Below, in pieces: positions 1 through 14,210 of a DNA stretch of 60,532 nucleotides (position 1 is the first letter of the stretch; each line of letters opens with the position of its first letter). Under the pieces are notes generated by a model. It searched no databases. It had not been told where the DNA came from and was given only the letters and a program-made list of their open reading frames with translations. Source of the DNA: Paraspadella gotoi (Eukaryota > Animalia > Chaetognatha); assembly GCA_051294375.1 (NCBI GenBank), contig JBJCIZ010000744.1:1-60532 (forward strand). The letters are read 5' to 3'. The translations under genes were made by a program, and so were the position numbers.

Positions 1-114
1 GTCTGGTGTGGCGCGCGAATGTTGGAGAAGAGGAACAGGAAGAGAAGAAAGAAGGTGGTGTGGTTTGGATTGCCCCCTCGAGATGTGGGAGGAAGAAAGA
101 AAAATGGTGCGTGT

Positions 115-280
115 GTGGTCTAGAGAGGGCGGCGACTAAGAAGAGGATGGGTGGGTCTGAAGGTAGGCGAATTTAAGAAAGGGATGGGTGTCTAGAGAAG
201 GGCGACTAAGAAGAGGATGGGGTTAGGAAAGAGGGGAACTAAAAAGAGGATGGGGTCTAGAGGAGGGCGACTAAGAAAGT
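115..280. repeat. Degenerate tandem repeat with core tctagagagggcgactaagaagaggatgggg
   Basis: The motif gcgactaagaa and variants recur about five times. Confidence 0.7.
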
Positions 281-357
281 CACGGATGATGTCGTATTTA
301 GAGGAAGATTTTAGCTTTAAGGGTAAAAGTTTGAAATGAAGGAATCATGATATCTAA

Positions 358-790
358 GATTGAGATGTGTTAACAACGCTGTTGGTGAAATTGAGTGGGT
401 CTACCAACCACTGTTCGTGAATTTGAGGTTTTACCAACACTTGGTGAATTTGCAGTGTGTTACCAACGCTGGGTTGAATGAAGAGTGTATACCAACGCTT
501 GTTGGGAATTTGAGTGTGTTACCAACACTGTTTGGTGAATTGCAGTGTGTTACCAACACTTTTGGCTGAATTGAGTGTCTTATGTTTACCAAACGCTGTT
601 TGGTGAATTGAGTGTGTTACCAACACTGTGGTGAATTGAGTGTTTACCACACTGTGGTGAATTGAGTGTGTTACCAACACTGTTTGTGAATTGAGTGTGT
701 TACCAACACTGTTGCGTGAATTGAGTGTGTACCAACCACTGTGTTGGTGAATGAGTGTGCTTACCAACACTGTTTGCGTGTGTTGGTGCA
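358..790. repeat. Minisatellite, about 30-bp unit (ttgagtgtgttaccaacactgtttggtgaa), about 14 copies
   Basis: Tandem units are directly visible. They explain ORFs 360..569 and 519..923. Confidence 0.92.
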
Positions 791-882
791 GATGAAATTG
801 AAGGTTAAAAGTCTCGAAGCTGAGAAGTTTAAAACAAATAAACTTGATAGTCTTGATTAAAAGGTAGCAGCATGCGGCTAGG

Positions 883-966
883 AAATTGGTTCCAACCAAT
901 ATAAAAATTTCTTTGCCCTTCAACTTTGAAAGTTGAAGGCCTCTTTACAGCATGTTCCTGCAAGCT
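883..966 (+). repeat. Partial copy of the same dispersed repeat
   Basis: aaattggttccaaccaatataaaaattt...ttgccctt caactttg...cctgcaagct. Confidence 0.65.
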
Positions 967-1778
967 ATATTTTTCAATCTATTAAAAAACCACTCCCCGG
1001 TTATTATCTTGTTAGAGCAGTTACAATGCCTTATTTAGATTTACATTACCTTACATTACCATGAATATAAATAAAAATGTTATGCGGGGGAGAGAAGATG
1101 TGGGATTCAAAGAGAGAAACAGGTCGATCATAATTTTATTTCTTCCTCGAGAATTTGCGTCTTTCGTCGTCGTTGTCGTCTTCGTAGTTGTCATTCCGTT
1201 CGTCTTTCTTGGCCGACGTTGTCGTTTGGAGTTTTTGGACTTATTTCGTTTTTGTCGTCATCGTCGTCGTCATAGTTTCGTATTTGTCGTCTTTTCTACA
1301 TTTTACGTTTAGGCTCTTTCTTCGTCAATGTCTTCGTCATTTCAAAGTTTTCACGATTGTCGTTCGGGTGAGTGATTGCAATTTTTATTCTTCCTGCCAT
1401 TGACGTCATCTGTAGTTTTTCATTATTGTTTGGACGGTTTTTGTTCAGACTTTTAAAATTACGATTTCGTGTATCGAAATTGACGGGAAAGTGATTCACG
1501 ATTAGGAGCCTCACTTTCACTTTCACGATATCAATCGGATTAGATATTTCATTCTAATTCCTCGTCAATAAAACTCACTTTTCGCTGCTTGTTAGCTAAT
1601 GAAGTGTTTTTCTTTTAAACTATTTAAGCAAAATTACATCCACACTCTTACAAAAAAATCCGATTAAATAAAATTGATTAATCTTCCATTATGAAAACTA
1701 AAAACATAATTAAATCGATTTATTACGGGCGACGACTCTGAACGATGAGGAAAAACGAGGATTTCGACTGGAAATGAG

Positions 1779-1861
<83 letters not shown>

Positions 1862-2374
1862 TCTCTCTCCTCTCTCTCCACCCTCTTAACAAACTTGTGA
1901 CTCTGTCTCAAAATCGATTCCCTCCATTTCCTCCGGCGACACCCATTATAACGTCACCCGTCCTCCACCACATCGCACGTGCCTCTCTCTCTCTCTCTCC
2001 TCGTCTCTCTCCTCTCCTCTAACCTCTCACAAACACGTGTTCCCTGTCCCCCCTTGGAACGAGCGGAGAGGGAGAGCAAGGAGAAACGCGCCGTTGGGAG
2101 GAATTTTAGAAATCCGGGCGAAGAGAGAGAGAGAGAGAGATGAGATGAGAGAGAGAGAGAGAGAGAGAGCAGAGAGAGTCGTTTGAATTAATTCGAAGTA
2201 GTGTGATCGAGGACGTCGGCCATCTTCAAGTTTTCCCTCCTTTTCTCGATTGCCTCAAACCGATCTTCCCTCTTTTCCTTCCTCTTCCTCCCTTATTCGA
2301 TTTTCACCCTCGGATTCCTCTTTCTTTTTCCTCGACATTCTCATGGCTCCTTATGGTTTTTCTTTCCTCGCGGG

Positions 2375-2930
2375 AGTAAAGTTTTGGGTTGAGGGAAAGG
2401 AGGTTGCGCGGGGAGAAGAGAGAGGGAAGAGAGAGTGAGAGGGAGGGAGGGCGAGGGAGAGAAAGAGACGAGATGTAAGTTAGGGTTGAGGGAAAGGAGG
2501 TGGACGGGGAGAGAGAGAGCGGTTGAGAGGGGAGAGTGAGAGGAGAGGGGAGGTAGGGCGGAGAAATAGAAGAGAGAGTAAGTTAGGCTGAGGGAAAGGA
2601 GGTTGGGGTGAAGGAGAGAAGGGAGAGGGCGAGAGTGAGAGGGAGGGGGGAGGGGGTGAGAAAGAGAGTATGAGAGTAAGGTTAGGGTGAGGGAAAAGGA
2701 GGTGGGGGAGAGAGAAGAGGTGAGGAGGCGAGAGTGAGAAGGAGGGGAGGAGGGGAGAAAGAAGAGAGTAAGTTAGCGGTGCAGTGGAAAGGAAGGTTGC
2801 GGGGGGAGGAGAGAGACGGGGAGAGTGAGAGGGTAGAGGGGTGGAGGCTGAGGGGGAAAAGAGAGAGTAGTAAGTTTAGGGTGAGGGAAAAGGAAGATGT
2901 TTGGCGGGAGATAGGAGGGAGGGAAAGGGA
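2375..2930. repeat. Purine-rich tandem repeat, about 100-bp unit, 5-6 copies
   Basis: The anchor taagtt(a)gggtgagggaaaggagg recurs near 2476, 2579, 2677, 2769 and 2871. Confidence 0.8.
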
Positions 2931-5127
2931 AGAGAGGAGAGAGAGAGGAGAGAGAAGAGAGAGGAGACAGACAGACAGACTGATTATTTCATTATTAATA
3001 TATGACCCAATCAATTAATTTTTTACATTATTACATTTTTTTTTAATTTTCTAATGTATGTGTAAAATACATTACTCGGTAAAAAACAAGGATTATATTT
3101 AATTAAAAGAACGGCAAATTTGCTTCTTAAAAAAAAACCAAAAAAAACAGAAAACAACAATTTTGAAAACTACGACGCACGACCGACGGGACGACGGAAA
3201 TAAAGACAAAAGATTTCGCGAATGCCGTCCTTTTTTCAATTTTTTTTTAAATTAAATTTTCTGGGCAAAAAAAATTATGTTTTTTTTCTAAAAAAAATTT
3301 CTTTTTTCATCTTATTTTTCTTCTCCGGATGCCTGGCTCCGCAGCTCCGCCGTGAGCAAAGAAGATCAAAAAAAATATTTTCCTTTTATTGAATTTAATT
3401 TTGTGCTTGGTCGAGGAGAGAGGAGAGGATGAAAAGAAAGAAGGGCAGAGGGAAATAGAGAGAGCGAGAATGCGAGAAAAAACAGGTAAATTGACAAAAC
3501 CAAAGAAATAACAGCTGAAAAATTTCTAAAACAGGAGTTTTCAGGCTCGGGCAGTTGCGACCAAAGATTAGCAGAAATGTTTACTGTGAGGGGAATCAGA
3601 TACTAGCAGCAAGTTTTAGATATTTGGCAGCAAGTTCACAGTTCTGGGTTTGGATATTGCAGCAAGTTTCACAGGTGCGGGGTGCGGGCAGCTTGTCAAG
3701 CTCAAAATTTTTAAACGCGAAAAATATCCATTAAGATTTAGAAACAAAAATCTTGCCCATATAAACTCAGGATACTAAATTCTAATTGCTAAAGGACAAA
3801 AAATAGAATATAATGTTGAAGCGCGTCTAAACTTTTTAGAATTAAGCTTCTCACAGTAAAGAGAGAGAAGAGATGAGTTTGAGAGAGAGAGAGAGAGAGA
3901 GACAAGCGTCGGCGACGGGGTACGCGAACGTCGCCTTGACGACCCGGGCGTTCCGGACTAAGCGTCACCTTGGCAAACGACGCTTGCTGGTAACCCGAGC
4001 CGCAACGTTGTGTGACGAAGTCCGAATGGCTGAGAGAGCCAGACGAGAGAGGAGAGAGCAGAGAGATGAGAGAGAGGAGAGAGGAGAGAGAGAGAGAGCC
4101 AGAGGATAGGGAGCGAAGAGTGATCTCAGGATGAGTACGGTTGAAGTTTGAAGTGGCGAAGGAGGTAACGGGTAAGGAAGTGGGGCGTGTTGAATCATAG
4201 CTAGGTCGCGGCACGTTCACAGAAATCCGAAAGAGTCACCAAAGACTGTGAGAGTAGAAATTCTATTCATTCTCGTCGGGAATTTGAAAAAATTCTAAAT
4301 TTTGAAAAAAAAAAAGAAATTCAGTTAAGTGATCAGTTCACCAAGAGTCTCGATTTGTCGTATTTGATTTAGAAGATTTAAAATTATAACTGAAAGACAA
4401 ATTAAGAGTTTAAATCAATCTAGTATATGTGCGGCTAAGTTAGTATATTATAATTTAGTGTCATCAGGTTTTAAAATACAAAAGATAAAATTTGTTGGAA
4501 GTGAAACCGGAATCGAGCGTTGTCTAATAAGCCGGAGAGCACTTCTAGCGGGTACTGGGATAATGACCCAAATCCGAGTTCGCCACTCTGACCTTTTAAA
4601 TCTCAAATCTCAAAATCTCTTGATCACTCCATCTCATGCTAACTTAAAAATGGATATTCTTCTCTCTCTCTCTCTCTCCTCTCTCTCTTCTCTCTTCACC
4701 ACAACACCACACACTCTTCTCTCTCATTAAACTCCTCTTCCCTAAAACCCTCAACCTTCCCCCACCCCATCCCCCCAACCTACCCCTTCCCCTTGCCGCC
4801 CTTCACCCCCTCCCCCTCTTCTCCCCTCCATCCCCAACCCTCACTGTGGGAAAAGTCACGGGGCCGCAGACGGCGTTGATTCCGATATCGGGGACGTCAT
4901 CGGCGCACGTTGACACTGAACGAGAGGAGCAGAGAGAAAGACGGAGAGAGAGGAGAAGAGAAGAGAGCAGAGAGAGAGAACTGAGATGAGAAGAGAAGAG
5001 AGCAGAGCAGAGAGAGATTGATCGAGAGATCGGCGATCTCGTTTCCGTCGCCCCGGGGGCGACGGACCTTCGAGGCGAAACGACCCGACGACGACGACGA
5101 CGCACGACGACGACGACGACGACGACT

Positions 5128-5171
<44 letters not shown>

Positions 5172-5332
5172 CACGACGACGACGATTAATGAATCAGCCG
5201 ACGTCGCGTGTTCGACTCGAAGCGATATTCGATGTTGCCTTTACCGACATCTTCGTTGCCTCTACGATACTCTTTATGCTCAAATTCACCGAGTCCAAAG
5301 CTCTCTCTGGTTCTCTCACTCTTCCTCTCTCT

Positions 5333-5540
5333 TTTTAGTGCGCCGCTAGGTACTCGCGGAAGCAAACTCATATAGGTCACTTTTTGGTTCCGTCGGTCCG
5401 TCTGGTCCATAGGTATGTCTGTTCCATTCGGTCTGTTCCCACTTACGTAAAAATGCTTATAACTTGCTTATAGTTTTCGTTTGCTTCATGTTAAAATATC
5501 AAATCTAAGCGACTACTGGCGCCCCGCCTTTTTGTTTTTT
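5333..5540 (+). mobile_element. DINE-1/HINE-like (Helentron-associated) non-autonomous element
   Basis: It begins in a T-run (ttttagtgcg...gcaaact), has a GGTC/CGTC microsatellite core, and ends gcgact followed by a short GC stem (ggcgccccgcc) and a T-run. It is homologous to 14040-14210. Confidence 0.6.
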
Positions 5541-6039
5541 TAAAAAAAGATTAAGTTAAAAAAGAAAAGTAATGGCGGACGCACACCTTGGAATAAACCA
5601 TTCCTTGTTCTTTTGATCGAATGCCGGAGAAAAAAGAAAACCGGATGCTGCTTTTTCCAACATTATAGTTGCAAGGGATTTCACGAAAGTTGTAGACAAA
5701 AGTTAGCGCAAAAGCCAAAAAAGTCATTGGTTCAGGAAACAAATGTTATCATTTTTTAGAACCTAAGATAGCAATTCTCTCCAATTCTATTTAATTCTAT
5801 CCAATTCTATCTTGTAAATTCAATTGAAAAAACTTTATATCCATAATTTAACATGAGGCCAAAATGGCGCATGAATAAGCGAAACATTTCCAAGTAAAAT
5901 TTTTTAGGTTTCTGTTATTTTTTCGCCGACGCTAAATAATTCAGGCCGGTCTCCGTCATTCGGGCTCCAAGAGAACACGGATCGATGCGCCACTTTGAAG
6001 GTCTCTCTCTCTCTTCTCTCCTCTCTCTCTCTCTCTTCT

Positions 6040-6077
<38 letters not shown>

Positions 6078-6546
6078 CCTACGACCCGCGGATCGTAATC
6101 GAGGATTTGAATTAAATTATGCAAAGAGTTTGTTTTTTCTGGTTCTTTCGGTTCGAGTGGGAAGGGGGAGAGAGAGAGAGAGAGAGAGAGATCGTGAGGA
6201 GAGAGAGAGAGAGAGAGGTTAATTCGGATATCATTTTCGCCATTTTGGAGGGAAACTTGATTTTCGCAGTAGTTTTGACAACAAGCTGCCTTCAAACTAA
6301 ATACAAATATACGGATATTACTTTTGAATAAAAACTACAAGCGTATAGCACAACAACGTTATAAAAATTGAATGTGAACTTTAATGTGTTACTTTTACTT
6401 TTATATAAGCTTGCCAATCAAACATTATTAAAACGCGTTCGAAACAGTTACGTACAAAATTTTGTCCGAAACTCTGTCCAAATCGCCGGGCGGGCTGAGA
6501 GAGAAGAAAAAAAGTGAAGATCTTAGCGATGTGAAAAGATAGGAGC

Positions 6547-6577
<31 letters not shown>

Positions 6578-6957
6578 AGAGAGAACTGAGAAGAGAGAGA
6601 GATTAGAGAGAGAGAGAGAGAGAGCAGAGAGAGAAAACGGAAAGGAGAAGAGCTTTTTCGCCGAACTTAAACGATTTCTCGTTCACTGGGCCGACAATAA
6701 TACAAGTGCTTGATGGGAGTGTGAGGATGGCGGTGAGTGAGGCTCGTGAGAGGAGCTTGAAGGGCGCTGAAGCGCTAAGAGCATATAAAAAAGGCGGCGT
6801 GGGCTGGCAATGTTGAAGCGTGATAAAGGGTACATTCGTGTGAAAAACTGGAGAAGTGAAGTTTATTTTGTGAACTTTCGTTGAAATACGAAAGTGAAAC
6901 GAGTTATTGTGGATACCAGAGTAAAAATTCCATTCACGAAGTAAGATAAGTTTATGA

Positions 6958-7125
6958 TTAGTCGAGAGCGAAACGAGCGAGATGTCGACGGCGCTGGGGG
7001 TGAGTTTGTTGGGCAATCCTCCGTCGTCTGTCGGTCTGTCGGTCTGGTCGGTCTGTCGATCGGTCCGTCTGTCGGTAGTCGACGACCCAGCGGTGAATCC
7101 CGTTGGGCGAGCTAATGGCGGTAGA
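6958..7125 (+). mobile_element. Possible DINE/HINE-like element of another subfamily
   Basis: Starts ttagtcgag, has a (gtctgtcg)n core at 7021-7078, and a 3' hairpin cccagcgg-tgaatc-ccgttggg. Confidence 0.4.
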
Positions 7126-7421
7126 AAAATCATATAGACTGAAGCAAAAAAATTGCATGAATTTAAAATTCCATCAACGGGAAGGACGACGACGCAACGA
7201 CGAACGACGAACGGACGAACGACGACACGACGACGATGAACGCACGACGTGCGACGGACGATGGACGATGAACGACTTGATGACGACGACGACGAAAAAC
7301 GACGACAACGACGACCAACGAACCAACGTTTTCAAGAGCGGCCGCGGGTTCAACTTCCGTTTAACGCGTGGTCAACTTCAAAAGATTCTCTCCCTCTCTC
7401 TCTCTTCTCTCTCTCCTCTCT

Positions 7422-7459
<38 letters not shown>

Positions 7460-8126
7460 TCCTCTCCCTCTATTTTCAAGGGTCATCCTAATGTCTCTCC
7501 GAAATTTGCAGGAAATGTTTGCCTCTTGATTTTCTGCGGCCAAAACTGAAGCAACTTGCTCCGCCATTTTTTTTTGGGGGGTGGTCGATGTCGTGTTTGG
7601 AATCAAGTTTTTGAAAAAATAATTTCGTTTGCACGGAAAGTTTAAAAGTTTCCTCTTTTACTATTTTGATTTTTTTTTGGTGTTGCAATCATACCTGTGT
7701 GTTTCAAGATTCAAGAATAAAACGTGAGATAAAATTGACATGTTAAGTTAAATTAATATAGTTATTTATTTAATTTGATTTTATTCAATCTGAATATTAC
7801 ATTTTTCGTCATCTCGGCATTTCTCTCATGCCCGCGATTTTTCAAATAACTGCCATACATCGCCGCATTTCCGATGCTCCCTTATATATCGCAGCATTCT
7901 CGAAATGGCGCCGCATAAACTCGCTTCCTCCTTTGTTGTTGTTGCTTCTCTTTCTTCGCGACGTCGATGAAAGCCGAAAACGTAATAAACTTGTTCCTTT
8001 CCTTTTCTTTTCTTCTTTTTGTCCTCTCTATCTTTCTCTTCGAAGTCTAAAAAAATCATTCGCCCCGTTTCCAACTCATTGATCTTCGTTATAGGAGTTG
8101 CGGAGCCCACGACTTTCGCCATCTCT

Positions 8127-8201
<75 letters not shown>

Positions 8202-8470
8202 CTCTCTCTGTCATTGATCTTCGGCTCTATTCCTTCAACAAGACTGAAGCCCACGGTCTCTCACCCTCATCTCTCTCTTTATTCTCTTCTGTCTCTACTC
8301 CCCCTCTTTCTCTATGCCGCTCTCTCACGACTTTTTCACTTTTCTATCTCTGAAATCTTTCTTTGTTTTTTATCGAGACCGACCCCCTCTCTCTCTTTTC
8401 TCTGAAATCCTCATCGCCGCTCTCCCTTCCCCTATTTTCCCTATTTCGAAATCTCGTGCGAAGATCTGTG

Positions 8471-8537
<67 letters not shown>

Positions 8538-9741
8538 CCTCTCTCTCTTTCTCTCTCTCCGCGCTCGTCCGTAGGACAGTGAAGATGACCATTCCCCTTC
8601 TCAGGCATCACAGGGCCTCAGTCACGCGCTCTTCCACGTGAATTAAGCTCCGCCAGCCGCGCGCGAACGGCGGCTGCTGAAGACGCGGAACGGCCCCCGC
8701 TGCCGCGCCGAGGAAAAAAAAAAGGGGGGATATTCGCGCCGCTGCACGACCCTCCGCCTTCCTTGGGCCCGTCTACCCCACGTCCTCTGACGCCCCACGC
8801 CCTTCAACGCCCCTTTCCCGACCCCCGACGACCACACATTAACTCTTCCACCCCCCTTACCACAACCTTCCGCGGATCATCTCGATCCCATTTTTCCGCC
8901 ATTTCTTGTCCAATTCGTCGACCAACGGAAGGTTAAGATTTCCTCCAAACATTTTTCTTCTCTTTCTTACTAATATCTTTTCTTTTTCTTTTTCTTTTTC
9001 TCTCTTTTCTTTTCTTTTTCTTTTTCTTTTCTTTCTTTTTCTTTTCTTTTCTTTTCTTTTTTCTTTTCATTTTTTTTTCTTTTTCTTTTTTTTCTTTCTT
9101 CTTTCCTTTTTTCTTATTTTAAGTTTTTTTTTCTTTCTTCTCTTTTTTATGTTTTCTTTTTTTATGTTAATTTCATTTATTTTTTCTTTTCTTTTCTTTC
9201 TTTTCTTTTCTTTCTTTCTTTTTCTCTTTTCTTTTCTTTTCTTTTTCTTTTTTTTCTTTTATTTATTTTAAGTTTCTTTTCTTTTCTCCTTCTCTTTTTT
9301 TATGTTTTCTTTTCTTATGTTTAATTTTTCTTTTTCCTTTCTTTTCTTTTCTTTCCTTTCCTTTCCTTTCCTTTCCTTTCCTTTCCTTTCCTTTCCTGTC
9401 CTTTTCCTTTTCCTTCCTTTCCTTTCCTTTCTTTCTTTCTTTCTATGATAACGAAGCCAAAGTAGTTTTAGGTCTTTGAGTTTTCATAAACTTGACCGTA
9501 GAGAATGCTCCATACGAAAATATTTCAGGGCTCTACCATCGATAAGAAGTGGCGGAGCGCTGATGGCGCATCATCCTTCCTTCCCTCTTACATAAGCGAC
9601 ACTGTAAAACCGTTTGCGCTCATAATGGTCGACTTCTTTTTCCTCTGCCTCCGGAGACTTTACCATGGAAAACCGAACTCTTCTCTCCTCTTTCCTTTTT
9701 AATCGATTCCTTAACCCTTCCTTCTTTTACTTCCTCCTTTT

Positions 9742-9795
<54 letters not shown>

Positions 9796-9905
9796 TCTTC
9801 TCTCTCTCTCTACTCTTTCCATTTTTATCGTTCCTTCCCTCCTTCTACTCCTCCTTTCATCTCTCTCTCTCTCTCTCCCTTCTCTCTCTTCTCTCTCCCT
9901 CTCTC

Positions 9906-9942
<37 letters not shown>

Positions 9943-10327
9943 CCTTCGCTCTCTTCTCTCTCTCTCTCTCCCTTCTCTCCCTCTTCTCTCTCTTTCTCTC
10001 TTCTCTCTCTCCTTCTTTTTCGCTCTCTTTGCTTATCCGCTTTTTTATTTCTTTTAACTCCGTAAGGTGATCGGGAGGGAAAGAGAGAGAGAGATTGATG
10101 AGGCATCTTCTCTCGCATCCTAGCAAACTCTTGGCGCGCGGCTGAGAAAAGCTCTTAGCAAGGCCCCTTCTCCGCCTCTCCCTCCTCTTCCGCCCCTCTT
10201 TAACTCCCTTAAACACCTGACAACTTGATCTTCCTTACATCACACTTGCACCGAAAATAGGACGCCTCTCTCTCTCTCTCTCCCTCTCTCTCTCTCTTCT
10301 CTCTCTCTCTCTCATGTCTCTCTCCCT

Positions 10328-10372
<45 letters not shown>

Positions 10373-10650
10373 ATCCGGTCTATTCCTCGACAATCACTTC
10401 ACCTGGAAAACCAACGCGCAATTCATTGGCGATACGAGGCGGGACGGCTACGACGATTGGCGACGATAAAGATTAAGAATGAATGAATGAATGAATGAAT
10501 GAATGACATGGATAATGAATGAATGAAATGAATGAATAATAAATGAATGATATGAATGAAATTTTTCATCAAGCCGAATTTATTTTAAAGTGCCGAAAAA
10601 AATCTTAAGTATGTATGTATAATCAAAGTCGAAAACCTTGCGTTGTTGTA

Positions 10651-10692
<42 letters not shown>

Positions 10693-11159
10693 TGTCGTCA
10701 GTCATCGAACAGGGTGGCGTGGATTCCCTTTCGTCAGACAAGTAATTCAATTAGGTCTCTCGAAAGACGAAACTTCGTCGCGTCGAATGGGCGATCGTCG
10801 TAAGGAAATCGTCAGTTGCGTGGGTGCAGCGACAAGGAGTGTGCGCGTGGAAGAGAGAGAGAGGAGAGAGAGAATGCACGAAGAGAGGAGAGACCGAGAT
10901 GAGAGAGAGAGAGAGAGAGACGAGAGAGAGAGAGAGAGATAAGGAAAAATAAGAAAGTAAGAAAAAGATAAGGAACTAATGAAAACGCCTCAACTATTTT
11001 TTCGAGTCCAACCTCAATAATGAAAGTTTCCCTTCCTTTGTTTACTTCTAGTAATTCCTATGAATAGGGGTAGCCCAACTCAATGGGGTGAGTCAAATAT
11101 TTAGAGTGAGTACATGCTCAAACATTTTTAAGAATGCTTTCAATGGACAACAAATTCTC

Positions 11160-11405
11160 TTCTCTTCTTTCCTTTTCCTCCATTTTCGTCTCTTCTTTTC
11201 TTTTCCTTCATTTCGTCTTTTCTTTTCTTTTTCTCCATTTTCGTCTCTTCTTTCCTTTTCCTCCATTTTCATCTCTTCTTTCCTTGTCCTCCATTTTCTT
11301 CCCTTCTTTTCTTTTCCACCATTTTCTTTTCTTCTTTCCTTTTCCTCCATTTTCATCTCTTCTTTCCTTTTCCTCCATTTTCGTCTCTTCTTTCCTTTTC
11401 CTCCC
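11160..11405. repeat. Pyrimidine-rich minisatellite, about 30-bp unit (tttccttttcctccattttcgtctcttc), about 8 copies
   Basis: ctccatttt recurs at regular spacing. A short 18-bp GC repeat (gccgcagccgccttcccc) follows at about 11463-11530. Confidence 0.8.
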
Positions 11406-13695
11406 TTCCTCCAAAAACAATCCGTAGCGGAAGGAATCAAAACAAACAATTTCGTCTTCCAACGCCGCAGCCGCCTTCCCCTCAGTCGCCGCCTTCCCCG
11501 CAGCCGCCGCCTTCCCTGCAGCCGCCGTCGCTATAACAATAAAAATAACAGGGGAAGATGAGACAATTTGGCGGGAAATTTGTGGAAGTTTTATGAGTTG
11601 GTTGAACTCTCTTATATAGCGTACCGTGTCGCGTAAACAGGAAAAAAAACAAAGACCAAAGCAACTTGGAAAGTAAACAAAACAATAAAAAAAGAGCAAA
11701 TAAAGAAGAAGAAACGGGCAAAACAAAATTTCGTTCAAATTTAAAATAATATACATTTGAGATACGTTTTTATTTAAAAAAAACTAATAGGACATAAAAT
11801 TGGTGTTTTTAACATCGCGTTCGCTTGACTCTGTCNNNNNNNNNNNNNNNNNNNNNNNNNNNNNNNNNNNNNNNNNNNNNNNNNNNNNNNNNNNNNNNNN
11901 NNNNNNNNNNNNNNNNNNNNNNNNNNNNNNNNNNNNNNNNNNNNNNNNNNNNNNNNNNNNNNNNNNNNNNNNNNNNNNNNNNNNNNNNNNNNNNNNNNNN
12001 NNNNNNNNNNNNNNNNNNNNNNNNNNNNNNNNNNNNNNNNNNNNNNNNNNNNNNNNNNNNNNNNNNNNNNNNNNNNNNNNNNNCGTCGTCGTCGGCGTGC
12101 TTTTTCCTTTTCCCTCTCTCGCTCCCTCTGTTGGGAAGTCTTGATTAAAATTGTGACCCTCATGGCCTCTGGAAGCAGGAGGAGCAGGAGGAAGGAAAGG
12201 AGAGAAGAGAGGTAGAAGGGAGGAGGAGGAGGAGGAGGAGGAGGAGGAGGAGGTGAAAGTAAGGGGAGGGGAGATGAGTCGTGGGTTTTATGGAATTATG
12301 GTTGAGGGGGGGAGAGAGTAGAGGGAAACGTTTCGGAAGAAAGAAGAGGTGGTTACTAATATTTTAAAATATAAAAGGATAAATTCTTAAGGAAAGTAGA
12401 TTTGTTATTGAGTTTTTAAATAATACTAAAAATAATGAAAAGTGAAAGAAAATGAATATATATGTTTACAAACAAAGAGTGATCACACACAGACTTACAG
12501 AAGACAATTCAATTTAGGGACTTTGTTGTAGNNNNNNNNNNNNNNNNNNNNNNNNNNNNNNNNNNNNNNNNNNNNNNNNNNNNNNNNNNNNNNNNNNNNN
12601 NNNNNNNNNNNNNNNNNNNNNNNNNNNNNNNNNNNNNNNNNNNNNNNNNNNNNNNNNNNNNNNNNNNNNNNNNNNNNNNNNNNNNNNNNNNNNNNNNNNN
12701 NNNNNNNNNNNNNNNNNNNNNNNNNNNNNNNNNNNNNNNNNNNNNNNNNNNNNNNNNNNNNNNNNNNNNNNNNNNNNNNNNNNNNNNNNNNNNNNNNNNN
12801 NNNNNNNNNNNNNNNNNNNNNNNNNNNNNNNNNNNNNNNNNNNNNNNNNNNNNNNNNNNNNNNNNNNNNNNNNNNNNNNNNNNNNNNNNNNNNNNNNNNN
12901 NNNNNNNNNNNNNNNNNNNNNNNNNNNNNNNNNNNNNNNNNNNNNNNNNNNNNNNNNNNNNNNNNNNNNNNNNNNNNNNNNNNNNNNNNNNNNNNNNNNN
13001 NNNNNNNNNNNNNNNNNNNNNNNNNNNNNNNNNNNNNNNNNNNNNNNNNNNNNNNNNNNNNNNNNNNNNNNNNNNNNNNNNNNNNNNNNNNNNNNNNNNN
13101 NNNNNNNNNNNNNNNNNNNNNNNNNNNNNNNNNNNNNNNNNNNNNNNNNNNNNNNNNNNNNNNNNNNNNNNNNNNNNNNNNNNNNNNNNNNNNNNNNNNN
13201 NNNNNNNNNNNNNNNNNNNNNNNNNNNNNNNNNNNNNNNNNNNNNNNNNNNNNNNNNNNNNNNNNNNNNNNNNNNNNNNNNNNNNNNNNNNNNNNNNNNN
13301 NNNNNNNNNNNNNNNNNNNNNNNNNNNNNNNNNNNNNNNNNNNNTTTAATTTTAATATCTTATCCCTAACCTCTAATCCCTAACCAAATCCCTAACCTAC
13401 TCCCAAACCCCTAGCCTAATTAATTCAAAATTTAGGTTAAAATGGGGCGTTTTCGGAAAAGAGGGCCGAAAAGTATGAGAAAGAGAGAGAGAGAAAAAAA
13501 GAGGAAAGAAGGAAAATGTGAACAAATTTCGACGGAGAAGATAAATCAAGAAAATGAAAGCGATAAAGTCTCTCTTTCTCTTTCTTTTTTTTCTTTTTTT
13601 TTTTCTATTTTTAGTCTATGGGAGGGGGGGCCCCCCCCCTAAGACAGCCGGCTAAAGACCATTCGAAAGAGTCAGTGTGAAGAGACGAGAGAGAG

Positions 13696-13752
<57 letters not shown>

Positions 13753-14039
13753 GAGAGACCATGCCTTCGTTGATTTAGTGAGCGCTGATTAAGCCGAGAA
13801 ATTCGATGTCTCCCTTTTTTTTTCCGATTTTTTTTTCTTTTTTTCACTTTTTCTCACTTTCCTTTCCTCCTTTCTCCTTCTTTCCTTCTTTCCTCCTTTT
13901 TTTGCTTTACCACTCCCCCCCCCCAATTTGCCCGCCCGTCATCTCCCCATTATTTTGTCCAACTTTTTTTCGGGTCTCTCGTTCGCTAACGAGCAAAGCG
14001 ACTCAGAACAGAATTCTCGACTTCCTGTTTTTTTTTCCA

Positions 14040-14210
14040 TTTTAGTTGCGCCGCGAGTACTCGAGGAGCAACTCTATAAGTCACTTTTCGGTCGGTCGGT
14101 CATCCTGTCGGTCGGTATGTCTATCCGTCGGTCTGTCCCACTTACGTTAAAATGCACATAATTTGATTATTTGTTTAGACAGAAAAAAACCTCAAATCTA
14201 AGAGACTGCT
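14040..14210 (+). mobile_element. DINE-1/HINE-like element, second copy of the 5333 family
   Basis: 5' hairpin agttgc..cgagtactcg..gcaact, then ctataagtcacttttcggtcggtc, cccacttacgt and aaatctaag, all shared with 5333-5540. Confidence 0.62.

Noticed and set aside
358-790. Approximately 30-bp partly palindromic repeat resembling a CRISPR array
   Set aside because: It is a head-to-tail minisatellite without spacers.
13360-13440. Telomere-like ccctaa motifs (also ttagg-rich at about 16830-16900)
   Set aside because: They are scattered and degenerate, not a (TTAGGG)n or (TTAGG)n array, and lie internally.
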